Below, one piece after another: positions 50,160 through 62,807 of a stretch of DNA of 64,000 nt (position 1 is the first letter of the stretch; the number at the start of each line of letters is the position of its first letter). A program made the translations under genes and the position numbers. The notes beneath the pieces were generated by a model. It was not told where the DNA came from. It saw nothing but the letters and a program-made list of their open reading frames with translations, and did not search any database. The DNA lies in the NCBI GenBank assembly GCA_002189035.1, contig CM007990.1, positions 1,612,001-1,676,000 of the forward strand, read 5' to 3'. This DNA is from Utricularia gibba (lineage: Eukaryota; Plantae; Magnoliophyta).

Positions 50160-52611
50160 TCATTTGCCCCCAAAATAATATTCCAGAAGCCATCCCCCAA
50201 TGATGTTGGATTCTGTCTCCCTCTGCGCCACCAGCCAATCTGGATCGTGCGGCGAGGGTGGAATCAAATCCAAGCAATGAGAACCTACAATGGCATCATA
50301 CACCAGATAGCAAAACTTGGAACAAAAATAATTCATGGTGTAAATGTAACAATTCATCCTCTTTTTATACAATATAGTTCGTTTAAGATAATCAATCTTC
50401 ATGGTTTTATATTCTTTATTTTTGGAAGAAATTATTCATGTAAAATTAGAAAAAATCCCACCATATGAAGAATATAATTGAATCTCATATAACTTACTAA
50501 TGAAGTAGAAGTATAATTTACGTAAAATCATGAAAATTAGATACTAAAACATACAATATCATGTAAGCAAATTATTGGTTGTTACAATAGAGATCCAAAT
50601 CAATTACTTTTATTATATGTTTCTTTTTTCTTTATACATCTTACCTTCCTTTGTAGGAAGAGCAACAATGGTTTTTGATATATCTTCAAGAACCCTACAA
50701 AAGAAAACGAAATGAATTATATTCTTGAAGACTGAAATCAGGCCATGATCTTGCATACCCTCCACTGCTGTAAGGATCCCGAAGTCCGTTGGAGAAGATG
50801 ATGTTACTTCCGAACTTGGCGAGGACCCTTTTGATGTCCTGAGGGATGAAAGAATCCAGTAAACGCTGGAGTTGTAACACATGACTGAGAAACAAATCTG
50901 GCTTACGAATCCGCCGTAGTATGTTGTGATCCAGTGTGGGCGAGGAACCACTCCGTAGGCGTCAATACACTCTTTTATGGTTTCTTTCAAACTGAAGGGC
51001 GGCGATGCAAACATCGTGTGGTTTCCATTTCCGATCGGCATCACCATTTCACTGCAAGACTGCAAAACGAGAGACATAAAAAAGTTGATAGTTTGCAACT
51101 ATTGAAATTAAAGATCTAATAGGTTGGCACAAATATACTTGAAATCTAAATATATAATATATTAGAAAGTTGATAGTTTATAATCTTTAATATATTTATT
51201 ATTTTAATTTCATTTTTCGATGTTACATTGTTGTTCTAATGGCAACAAATAGTTTATGAGAAATAGAAAGCTTACTTGCCATCCCCAACCCAAGTCAGTT
51301 TCACTCGGGTTGATATCGAAGATGGGTAAGCAGCTAGAAAGGATTCCATCAGCTCTGAGTCCGGCCACAACCCGGTCCACGAAGCTCGCGTTTGCGCCGG
51401 CGCCATCCACGCCCTTGCAGATGGTCTTCACCGATAGATTCGGCGGCGCGTCGTACTGCGCAGCCCCGAGAAGGTTGCCTTCCAAAGCATTCTTCAGATC
51501 GGCCGCAGTTTGCAACGGGCTGAAACAAGTAGAAGATGACCAACCTACAATAAAGTAGCAACTTCCAATGCACAAATTCCATTACGTGCATGTGTTGAAC
51601 TTCTGGGTTAGAAGCGCCAGACCAGTCGGTGTGGATGCAATTCTGTCTATTTCACCCACGATTCCTTTATACTGTGGTAGCAACTTGAACTTGCATCCTG
51701 AATTAAAAAAAATATTCATTTATATGCATATATAATTCCAAAAATAAATATAAATACTGCCTTAAAATCTTTAGAGGCAACGTCGTAGTACGCATCCTGG
51801 GGAGTAAGACCTTCGAAGTAAAGAATGGGGGCTGAGGAGGCGAGAGCCCCCAAGGCAATGTGGGGATATTTCAATCTAAACCAGGAAGCCAACACTGAGA
51901 AAGAGAATCAGCATTCAACAAAATAATCATTTGAGAATTTAATGTAGTTTTAAATACGGACTTCCTCCATAGGATCCACCGGAAACGATGACCGGAGATT
52001 TCTCAGCGGAAAAAGTTCTCTTTATATGCAACAGTATCTGTGCGTAGTCAGCCAGGGCTTGAGCAGAACTGAAGTATCCACGGCCAGTTTTATTCGCGAG
52101 AGAAGCCTCCATGCTTCCGTATGGATTAGATTCTCCATAGAACCGATGCTGACAAAGGCGGTGCAAGATTATATGGTTTTTAGAATACATAATATTCGAT
52201 AATGGGAGGAGTTAAACCAGGAACCTCCATGAAAACAATGAGGGCTCTGTAGCGTTGTGCGATCGGGGTGAGACTGTGGACGATGAAGAGCTGCTGGTTC
52301 AGGGGCGCTTCGGCTCCGAGATAAGCGATAATCGGAAAGTCCGGGCCGCCCCAGAAAGAGGAATTCACTGCGTATGTCTGCCGGAAAACTTCGTAGCTTC
52401 CGGGTGCGTAGTTGAAGTGATCGATGGTTTGGTTGTAATGATAGAATGTGAAGCTCCTGGAATAGAAATCGAGGGAATGCTTGTAAGGGTTCCTGTAGAA
52501 GGTTTGTCTGCCATGGAGTACGGAATGCTTGGTGATTTTGGTGGGGAGTGACGAGGAATGGTGAACAGAAACAAGTAGGAGGATGAGAAGATACGATAAA
52601 GTGGGTGCCAT
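50160..52611 (-). CDS. Lysosomal Pro-X carboxypeptidase-like (peptidase S28), copy 2 (one apparent 1-bp deletion in exon 4)
   Basis: Exons 52611-52225, 52148-51962, 51894-51761, 51697-51586 (112 bp; 113 in copy 1), 51519-51276, 51059-50907, 50838-50759, 50694-50645, 50284-50160. The catalytic triad motifs are intact. The frameshift is at the C3 run 51655-51657. Confidence 0.9.
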
Positions 52612-54606
52612 TTTCCGATTGACATGAAGCATTTTCCGCAGTGGCTTATCATGCCACACCAAAGAGCCACTTCGGTTGACTGCTTCTTTAATGACGAAGA
52701 ACCTTGTGACCGAATTTGTGTGCATCTGTAGAAAAGTGGCTTCTAGCACAACACATAGCATGCCCGAGTGTCGGGCTGCATCATCACTTTTATTATATAC
52801 TTCAGAGCATGGGCTCTATCACTCCGTTGACATCACAGCACAATTCCACGCCCAATATAAATGCTTTTATTGTTGTGATCGGTTTCATATAACCAATGGT
52901 TTATAAACCATGGTTCTGTATCAAATTCGATTTTGTTTTTTATTTGAAACGGGAATCATAAACCTTGAACTATGTGTAAATTGAAACCAAATTACATAGT
53001 TTTGTTTCGAAACTGAAACTGAATCGTATGGTTTCGATTCTAACCATAATATTAAGAATTAAAAATTAATTTAAAAATAAAAATTCTATTTTCAAATACC
53101 CACAACAACATCTATTATGGGTGTTTGGAAACACTCCCAAATATGCCAAATTTTTCACGCACCTACTTGTGCATATTTGATAATTACAATGTTTTTCAAA
53201 ATTTTTATCAAGTATTCGTAACAATTATTATGAGTGTTTAAAAATTTTCCAAAAATGTAGACTTTTTTCATTTATCCACAAGAATATTTTTTAATAGTTT
53301 TTTTCAGGCATCCGTAATAGTTCATGTACGTTCCTCAAATTTAAACCTTTGATTTCATTGGTTTCAAAGGGGTTGGAACCGCAGTTTCTCATTTCAAAAG
53401 TAACGAATCAATCCTAAAACCAGAGGTCTTTTATTAAAGTATCTACTGTACTAATCTCTTTCATACATTAAGATTATTTGTTTCAACATAAAATGGGTAT
53501 TTTTATCACATAGTTAAATTACAGTAGGTATTTTTCAAATTAACTCCTAGAATCAGATGTCGAGAATGGCATCAACAAGAAGCCGACCCCTAGTCTTAGG
53601 AATTGATGCAACCAACTTTACTGATTATCTTATGATGAAATGGTTTTCTAAATAAATGAAAAAGAGTAGTTCCATGAACCTGCCACTGCTGTCAGCTTGT
53701 TTATTTAGCTTAATGATTAGGTTACGGCTTGTAGAGCAAAGCTTGATCAGAGAGTCGGAACACGATAACAGTTCCTACTTGACCGGCCGGCCGGCATTAA
53801 CCTTCCATTAATTGGTAATTAATGAGACGACTAACAACTAAAAATGAACCACCACCTACCCCACGTGGATGGGCTTCAGCCCAGGATCACAATCCACCTA
53901 ATGCAGAGAGTTTGTTGTGTGGCCCAGTTACAAGTCCATGCATCGTGTGACAACACACAAACAGACTTGACGGAAAGAAGGGCCTCAAGGCAAAATGAAA
54001 ATTAGCAATATTATGCCAATAAAATTGCAATAAAAATATATCAAGTTTTAGTTATTATAGATACTTGAATTCTCAAGTTTCAAAATTACAAAAAAAAACT
54101 TCAAATTATTAAAATTTTACAACATAAATCCAAACACCTTTTAAAATTTTTTAAAAATAAACTAGTTTATAGGCAATGTGAACCGGCTCTAGTTTCAAAT
54201 CTAATGCATTTGCATCTAGGGTTCAGCAAATCAAATGATACACTTATTAAGCTTACATCGTATTTGCATTTTTTATGATTTAAAATAATGATAGTTATAT
54301 GGCATTCATGTTCATATTTCATACGATACACTATTATAATGGTGTTATGGTCAAAACTAATTGTGGTTAAATATATAATTTTATAAATTTGAAAGTAAAT
54401 TATTTACAAAAACAAACTGAGGAATTTATGACGTAATTTTGAAACGTACGAGTTAAATTATTTATAATGGCTATAATTTAGAGTGACATCGGCAAACTCC
54501 ACAGATTATGCCACTCAGTAATGTTTCAATATGAAAATTTTTGCCCCATTTCAACATTATGAACTGTAAATGTCATATTATTCTAATTTAGGTGGTCCGC
54601 TCCGCT

Positions 54607-54694
54607 GCCAGGGAAGAAGATGTGCATCCAAGGCCGGTCAATGATCGATCATTAACGCGGTTGAACTACGCACTTTGACTTCCATGTTCACTGT
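54607..54694 (-). ncRNA. Candidate diverged MIR408-like hairpin
   Basis: The 3' arm ATGCACATCTTCTTCCCTGGC matches miR408-3p (as recalled) at 18/21. There is a partially complementary 5' arm about 40 nt away, and a perfect AATGAT-CG-ATCATT inner stem. Confidence 0.3.
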
Positions 54695-57600
54695 CGTGGG
54701 TCCCACGTCCACCCCCCTCCCTACCTCCCTCCATAATTCAATCTCGCTGAGCCCTTGGATTAATGAACGCATCCTGGCAATTTATTAGCGTTGAGATTAT
54801 GCAAAACAGAGTTTAATGAAAGCTTTTATTTTCTTTGTGTAAAAAAATCAACTAATTATGACAAGGAAGTCTACCTAACCTAAGGAGTAAGGATCCCATC
54901 CAGCCAAGATGGCATGGACAGACTAGGCTCTAGAGCTTGGTGAGGACCAGAGGTGTCAATTTATCATTCCATTAAAAAAAAATATAGGAATTAATTGATA
55001 AAAACATGCGTTGTGTAAGAAGCAAGAATCGAATAAATCCTTACCGGTCCCTCCCTCCCACTCCCCGCGACAACCCAAAGTCGTGGTAGGCCTTCTTTCT
55101 TCCACCCGTTCCTTTACGGATTAAAAACTAGTTTAGTTGGTGCCCAAAATAATGTTAGGGTTAGTGCAGGGAGCCATACATGCAGGGAACTTTGGCTCAC
55201 TCAAAAAAAATGAACATTTGTACAATTCATCACACATAGTAAATTAGAGTATCTCCAATAGTTTCAAAAAATTTAGAGTGCTATGTCAATTTTATTATAT
55301 TTTTAAAAATCTAATTACTAAATTTCTATTTTATTCACAATCATTTCCTTAACACAAATCATTTACAGAAATATGAAATGTCATATTTTTTGTGTACATT
55401 TTAATGAATTTTCATAATGAAAATGAAAATTCTATTTAGTGTAAATAAAAAAACAAAACTATATACATACAATAATTTTTGAAAATCTAATAAATAAAAT
55501 GAAAGTACCACATAAACTTTTGTGGAAACCGTTGGAGATGCTGTTAACATTTTTATATTACGGATAACTACTTTTATTATACAATGAAAGGGGGGTGTCC
55601 ATATTTCTAATTAACCCAAACTGCACTCCCAAGAAAAAAGTCAAGACTTACACGTTTTTTAGTTCTTGATTGATTCAATTTAGGTACTGTTTCATATTTT
55701 CTCTTAAAAGTTGACATTTAGTTCAAGAATATTTCAATGCATAATTATTAATTATCATGTATCAATGTTAATTTATACGTTACATAATCTAGATTTATAT
55801 ATTTTTTGATTTATTTGAGTTTAATGATGATGGAGTTGATCTGAATTGATGTTAGTAAACAACAATATCTTTTAATCTTTAATACTATAGTATATTGTTT
55901 AATGCAATATGCAATTAATGGTTGAGGAAGTGCTCTTCATTTATCTCAAACTTTATTCTTATGCTATAAAAGTGATACACCATAAAATTATGTAGTTTCG
56001 AGAAAGTTTGATGTTAGAGTTTTAAATATAATATTTACAAAGATTATCAAAAAGATCAAAAATAAAGGTAGTGTTTAGTGGGTTGTTTAATGGTGAATTT
56101 AAGATATGTTTTATTTAACATATATATTTGTTAAGAAATTTTAAATTAAACCAAGCGGTTTAATATAATTAAAATTACATACATAGTTTTATTCAAAAAC
56201 TAAGGGGTTATATTATTGAATATTGTTTCAATAAAAAATTTTAAAAAATAAAATAAAATGCAAGTAATACGAATATTGATCACATAAAGTTGATTTCAAG
56301 ATAAAAATATAATTCAAAATCGAATATATATTATCATGATTTTGTAAATGTAAATTATAAAAATAAACATAAATGGTGAATTTTAAGTAAGAGCCCTATT
56401 GTTGGGATTAAAATTCTTTCTAATTATGTTCACGCTAACTTCACCCTTTTCCATTTATTTCAAATAATCGGTTATAAGAATAAAAAATTATCTATATTAT
56501 CTTATATTCTTTTGCGAGGAAGCAAAGAATTACATCATGTTACTCTCATTTGGGCAATTGAAAAAAAAGGTCTTCCCATCGATTACTTTAGCTATTAAAT
56601 TGCACATATGTATTTAAGTGTTGTCATGATTCAAATACAAGATCACTATCTATCTTTTGTATTAAGGTATAATCATAAATAAAACATTGTTTCTCTCAAA
56701 CCAAAAAGATAGAAGTCATTGTTTTTTACTTTACTCATCAAAACTAGTAAGGAGTTATAATTGCTTATGAATTTGGACCATAGATCGTTACAGAAAACTG
56801 CTAAGTTGTACTCAAGGACGTGTGAAACTCAATTGAATCTTTCAGTTACGAAACATACAAGCAAAAGTCTTCCAATATTTCTTTCACTTCTAAATAAATG
56901 GAAAATCAATTATTTAAAATCACAATCAAAACATCTTTTCATTACAAAATATAACACATCTAAATCCATATGCCAAACATATTCTAAATTTAAAATCATA
57001 AAATACATTTTATGTTAAACGATATTATCAAAATCTTAAATTACTTGCCAACTACAACCTTAGTGTTACATATCCGATTTGAAAACCTAGGCACTATGGC
57101 TTGAAATTCATTTAGACTATGCTTGATTTTGTTCCTTCAATTACATTTTAAGAAATAAATCTTATTTCTAAAGTGTAAAAATAATTAGTCTTTGGTAAAA
57201 TAATTGAAAGTAAAATATTTAATTTTAAGTGTATATTTTATGTTAATTACTAATTTACCCTCAATTATTGCATAAACGTGTTCATTGTTAATGTGGTTTC
57301 TTCTTCTTTTTTTTTTAATTGGACAAATTATTTATATTTGTCAACTCATTAAAACTAGTGTCATACCTGGATAAAAAGTCCACATGCAAATAATCATCTT
57401 TATTTCATGTGTTTAATTTAGAGGAAATATGTCCATGTGTTCTTGGACATACTTTAAAAAATGCTAGCTCTAGTGCATGATGATACAAGTGTCCCTAAAA
57501 CTATTTTCAATCTTTCAGACTTCTTGCACAATGTATCACTTCAAAGCTTATGGTAGGTAAGTTTTCTATTTGGGTTCCAATATCATTTTGTTCTTTGGTA

Positions 57601-58144
57601 AATTTATCAACAACCCTTTGAAGAGGCATGTTAAATACAGCAACCAAAAATGAAATTTTGAAACAATGATGACGCATGCAACTGGATAAGGAGAAGCTCC
57701 AATGCACCACGTTCGTGAAGAAGAAGAAAAAAATATAAAGGTAGGTGGGGGCGGTGGGTAAAGTGAAAATGAGTAATAATTGATTTTTTTAATTAAGTAA
57801 ATATGAATTATTTTATAATTTTTTTACGAAAACCAGCAAAACTATATTTTTTTCCCTACTTGTATACTAGATGCCGTATAACATTAAATCTAAATAAATT
57901 ATACCAATGTATCAAATATTAACTATTTTTAAACATTTAAATTACGTTTATATAAATCAAAGATAAAATTATAACCACATCAACTAAAGTTCCTATACAT
58001 CTTTAGTTTGGTGGGGGCAAAAAGATGATAGAAAAAAAAAATACTTCTTTTGTTAGCTTTAGTATCTCAAAAGACGGCAACAGCACAACAAAAGTTGGTG
58101 ATTCTTGTCTGGAAAAAAAAGGGTTGGGATTCATATTATACAAA

Positions 58145-58479
58145 ACGTGGGTGCAGGCGCGTCATTAATATAGATACGAGTGCACAAATATGGATACGGT
58201 AAATTTAAAATAATTCTATTAGAATAATATATTTAATTATCATTTATTATTTTATAACTAATAAATTAGATTAATTAAAAGTCAATCCTAAAATTGTCAA
58301 ATACACTACAAAAAGTATTATTAAAAAAGAGTACCAATCCAATCATCAAAAAGGATAAAACTAAACGATGGATGATGATCAATAAAGTCGTAAAAATGAT
58401 TTAATATTTTTAATTTTTAATAACAACATTATATTGGGACGTACCTGCACACCCACGTATCGGGTACGCACCCGATACG
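58145..58479. repeat. MITE-like segment with imperfect inverted repeats and a perfect hairpin
   Basis: ACGTGGGTGCAGG (58145-58157) is inverted relative to CCTGCACACCCACGT (58444-58458), with an AT-rich interior. Hairpin CGTATCGGGT-ACGC-ACCCGATACG at 58456-58479. Confidence 0.4.
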
Positions 58480-59424
58480 CCCAAAACACAAGTACGAGTG
58501 ATATGCAGGAAACGGAATGAAGAGCGCATAGTAAGATGCGTCTACTCCAGAAACAACACCCGACCCTCGAGAATTAATACGTTGAGAGAGTGGGATATTT
58601 GGTGGGTCTGCTCGAAAAAAGAAACAGCTCTGCTAGCGACTTCTTTCCAAATTCAAATCCTTTCATGTTCTCCATCACATCACGTGCTAGCGACTCAGCA
58701 GCAGCACACCAGCTCCCGCGCTGGCATGGCATGGCATGGGAGTTGGATGATTGATAAATGAAAAATTTAAAATGTTATAAAATTTTAATTTCACGTAATA
58801 ATATTATTTATTTTTAAATTAAAATTACTAAAAACTATGTGTTATCAATAATTGATTGACAGTAATACCTGCCCTCAAAGTTATCCCAAGAAAGGCATAT
58901 AGCAGCCATGCGTGGAGTAGAAGCTCACCTTGCCACGCCAATTAAGACAAAGGCATTATTTGTCGTCCTGTTTAGTTAACGAATACATTATTTAAAAAAT
59001 ATATTGAAAATAGGCATTTTTTTGAAGCAATTTTTTTTGAATAAATATGAAAAAAGAAAAGAAATGATCAAACAATAGAGTATGTAGGGGACGGCGTAGC
59101 AGATCAACTGCCAGTGGAGACGGGTTCCGAGTTTTTGAGCGGAGGAATTAAATGGAAATATTGGTACAACATGGGATCCGTGGCGTACAATCCCGGGAAG
59201 GCCGCATTTACAAGTGCCAAGTAAACTGCTGCCGGATTTCAATTCAGACTGGGTATCATCCATCCTCCGCCGTTGCTCCTCGCGGGACTATTGACTTTTC
59301 ATTCTTTTCGTGTGTATGCAAGGCATAGATACAGGGGCGGTTCATAGTTGTTTTCGGGGACATACTCTTGGTAATCTGTTTGTTGGAATCAAAGCGGAGG
59401 AGAAAGACAGGTGTTCACTCAGAG

Positions 59425-62234
59425 ATGCTGCCGGCGGCGATTTGGGTTGTTGTACCGTTTCTGTTTACGATAGCGCCGGCGGCAGCGGTGGGTCTTGGAG
59501 GGGAGAGATTGACTTTTAATCTAGAAAGGGTAGACACCATGGAATGGAGCTAAATCAACTCAGAGACATGGACCGTGTTAGACGCGGCAGATTCTTGCAG
59601 CAATCTGCTGGTGTTGTTGAGTTTCCTGTCTCCGGTTCCTATGATCCCTACACTGTCGGGTATGAACAAGTTTTGGGTTGAAACAATATTGCAACTTTTC
59701 CTGCGAATTCGGTGTTACAAATGGATTCGATGGGTTTGCTTTTGTTCTCCTGATGGAACTGATTTCATTGACTTGGTGGACTTTCAATTTCTGGATGAAT
59801 CGCATCCGATGTATCATGTTTTTGATGAGTTATTGCTTGCTCTTTTTTTTTGTTGGAGATTCACTTGATTTTTGCGTTTGAGATCTGTGTAATCTTTGAT
59901 GTGTTTGTGCAATAGATGTTGAAGTGCAGGAATATGTCAAGATCATTGATGATTTTCTTTTATGATTCTTCCTCATCACACCCTTGCCGTTCATACCTTT
60001 CTTTAGTACCCACTCCTGGAATTGATTTATGGGGTTCTTTTTGGAGATATTGAGAACCTTAATGCTTAATGTTGTCTCTAGGCTATACTATACAACAGTT
60101 AACTTGGGGAACCCTCCAAAAGAATTCTACGTACAGATAGATACTGGAAGCGATGTGTTGTGGGTCAATTGTGTTCCCTGTTCTGGGTGTCCAAGATCAA
60201 GTGGACTCCGGGTGAGTTCATCCTGAAAAAGTTGTTTAATTTTCTTCTAATTTGGAAATATGATCGTTGATATGGTTATTGCCAATTAAACAGCTTCAGC
60301 TCGAGTTTTATGATCCCTCGAGCTCATCAACTTCTGGTTCGATTTCGTGTAATGATCAAAGGTGTCTCTCCGGAGCGCAGACAACTGATTCCATTTGTAC
60401 CCAGGGTCGGTGTTCATATGTGTTTCAATATGGTGATGGCAGTGGAACCTCGGGTTATTATGTATCTGACATCCTCAACTTTAATACTGTTGTCGGAAAT
60501 TCATTAACTTCCAATTCTTCAGCTCCTGTTGTTTTTGGGTAAGTTTCACTGCCTGCTGTTAGTAATTCAAGCTTACTTTTTATTATGTTCTATCCTGAAC
60601 TATCAACCACGTTTCCTTCTCATTTTAGATGTAGCACTGCAGAGACAGGAGACCTCACAAAGTCTGATAGAGCAGTTGATGGTATTTTTGGTTTTGGCCA
60701 GGCGAAACTATCGGTGATTTCTCAGCTTTCATCCCGGGTATCACTCCAAGAGCATTTTCTCATTGCCTGAGTGGTCAAAGTAGCGGCGGGGGGATTTTAG
60801 TTCTTGGCGAGATCGTGGAGCCAAATATAGTTTTCACACCACTCGTGCCCCAACAGTATGTCCTTGTCCTGCTTAAATCATTATGTTAGATGTGCTGCTA
60901 GCCAAATCTTCCTGCTGAGGTGTATGCAAATATTTGAACAGCATGTTCGGGTGAAAAGTTCATGCATAGGTTTTTGAATCTTTTTTATATAAACTCGGAC
61001 CTCCCTTTGCAGGAGATCTTGAATTGATTAATGGGAACTTAAAACTGCTAACATTCATCTAACTGGAGATTATTCTTATTTACTCATGAGGATCTGCTCA
61101 TCTTATTTCTTTAGGCCGCATTACAATGTTGCTCTTGAGGGGGTGTCCGTAAACGGGCAGATGTTAAGTATCGATTCTTCCGTGTTTGTGACATCACAAA
61201 ACCAAGGAACGATCATTGATTCTGGGACAACCTTAGCATATCTACCGCAACAAATTTTTGATCCTTTGTTTAGTGCAGTAAGTGAGAGTGTTCTTATTTT
61301 AGTGATTAAAGTCCTCTAGTTACATCATCAGATATTCGTCTTCCTTTGTGTGTTCTCTGCAGATTTTGGGAAATCTCCCTGAATCAGTTCAAACTACTAG
61401 CCCCAATGGAAACCAGTGCTTTATAACTACTTCCAGGTTCTCATCCCGAGATATATATATACGTATATGTATTTTATGTGTCAAAATTGAACTCTTGTTC
61501 ATTTGATTCTGTAGCCTATCCGACACTTTCCCTTCCATTTCATTTCACTTTGCCGGCGGAGCTGCAATGCAACTGAATGCCCAGGATTATCTTTTGCAGA
61601 GCACTGTTGTATGTTGGCATTCTCATCTTCTGCATTTAATCTTCTTATGCAGTTTTCCGATCCTATGGTTAATTTGGGCTCTCCATTCTTATCTCAATTC
61701 TGTTTTATTTTTTCTCGATGAAGAGTGGAGCTACGATCTGGTGCATGGGATTTCAGCAATCTCAGGGTCAAGCATTCATTATTCTTGGAGGTGTGAGTTT
61801 TATCAGCAAACTGATATTTAATCTCTGCAGCATTTAGTTCTCATTGTTGAACAAGTAATCCTCCGTTTTTCCTTCCTTAGACCTCGTTTTGAAGGACAAG
61901 ATAGTCGTATACGACTTGGAAAGACAGCGCATCGGATGGGCCAATTATGACTGTAAGTTTCCCCAAACAAAAACGCATTCTCTAATCTGTGCAATCTGCA
62001 AAGGATATGGAAGTAGCATTGTCTTTGTTTATAAACCTCGCCTTTCATGGTGGCTCAGGCTCATCGCCGGTGAATGTCTCGACGAGCCGGAATGGGACGG
62101 AGTACGTGAATCCAGAACGACCCACCTCCGGTAGTTCCACCGGCATCCAGCCACCATATCTGGTGACTCCATTCCTGGCTATGGCTCTTCTGTTGATCCA
62201 CTCAGCATTCTTTGATGCTTCCCCATTCTTATGA
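59425..62234 (+). CDS. A1-family aspartic protease, 10 exons, signal peptide and hydrophobic (GPI-anchor-like) C-terminus; two apparent 1-bp deletions
   Basis: Exons 59425-59659, 60082-60211, 60294-60538, 60629-60855, 61115-61277, 61363-61436, 61515-61608, 61724-61790, 61881-61952, 62059-62234. Catalytic motifs QIDTGSD and IIDSGTT. Adding one G at 59528-59530 and one at 60736-60738 restores the frame and the splice phases. Confidence 0.9.
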
Positions 62235-62807
62235 TGCACGGGGTAGCAGTATTGGATTCCCCTCATTAACCATTCCATAGGTGAAACGACACTGACCAGC
62301 AGCTGCTGCGGCCCTCTTCTGTTTTACAGAAAGCCTTTTTATTTACTCACAGGATGACTACACCACAGCTCTGTACAAATAGGAAACCATACGAATGAAT
62401 GAAGCATATACACACATCACTTCTGCGATGGCAGGCTGCCGTTCATCTAGAGGATTCTTGACCGTTGGATCTTTTTACGTATATTATTTAGTATTTTGCA
62501 TCATCTTTATGCCCTTTTTCTATTTCCTAGTGTTCGATCATCGATGGTGATGTTTGTCGGTTTTAATTTAATAATAGAAAAAAAAAGAAGGAGTTTAGAC
62601 AGCCGGAGGGGGACACGGGGACTCGCTGCCATAAACCCATTTTGAATTGAAGGATGTTAGGGGGGGATACGGATGAATTTAATTTTGACGAATTAATAAA
62701 TACCACCACTCTAAGATGCCCTTTTGCTCTCATTTTCCAATCCTCTGTTCACGGAATCCTGACGCTGTAAACGGGACATTGCTGGTGAGAGCGGTTCGCC
62801 GACGGAA

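Noticed and set aside
54901-54921. miR169-like CAGCCAAGATGGCATGG
   Set aside because: Only about 14/21 matches, needing a gap, and no convincing star arm.
59154-59330. 58-codon ORF upstream of the aspartic protease
   Set aside because: No homology recognized and the TSS is unknown, so it cannot be called a uORF.
31339-62234. Functional cluster of secreted or vacuolar hydrolases plus VPS41
   Set aside because: The genes share no pathway logic, and their adjacency is better explained by ancestral synteny and local tandem duplication.
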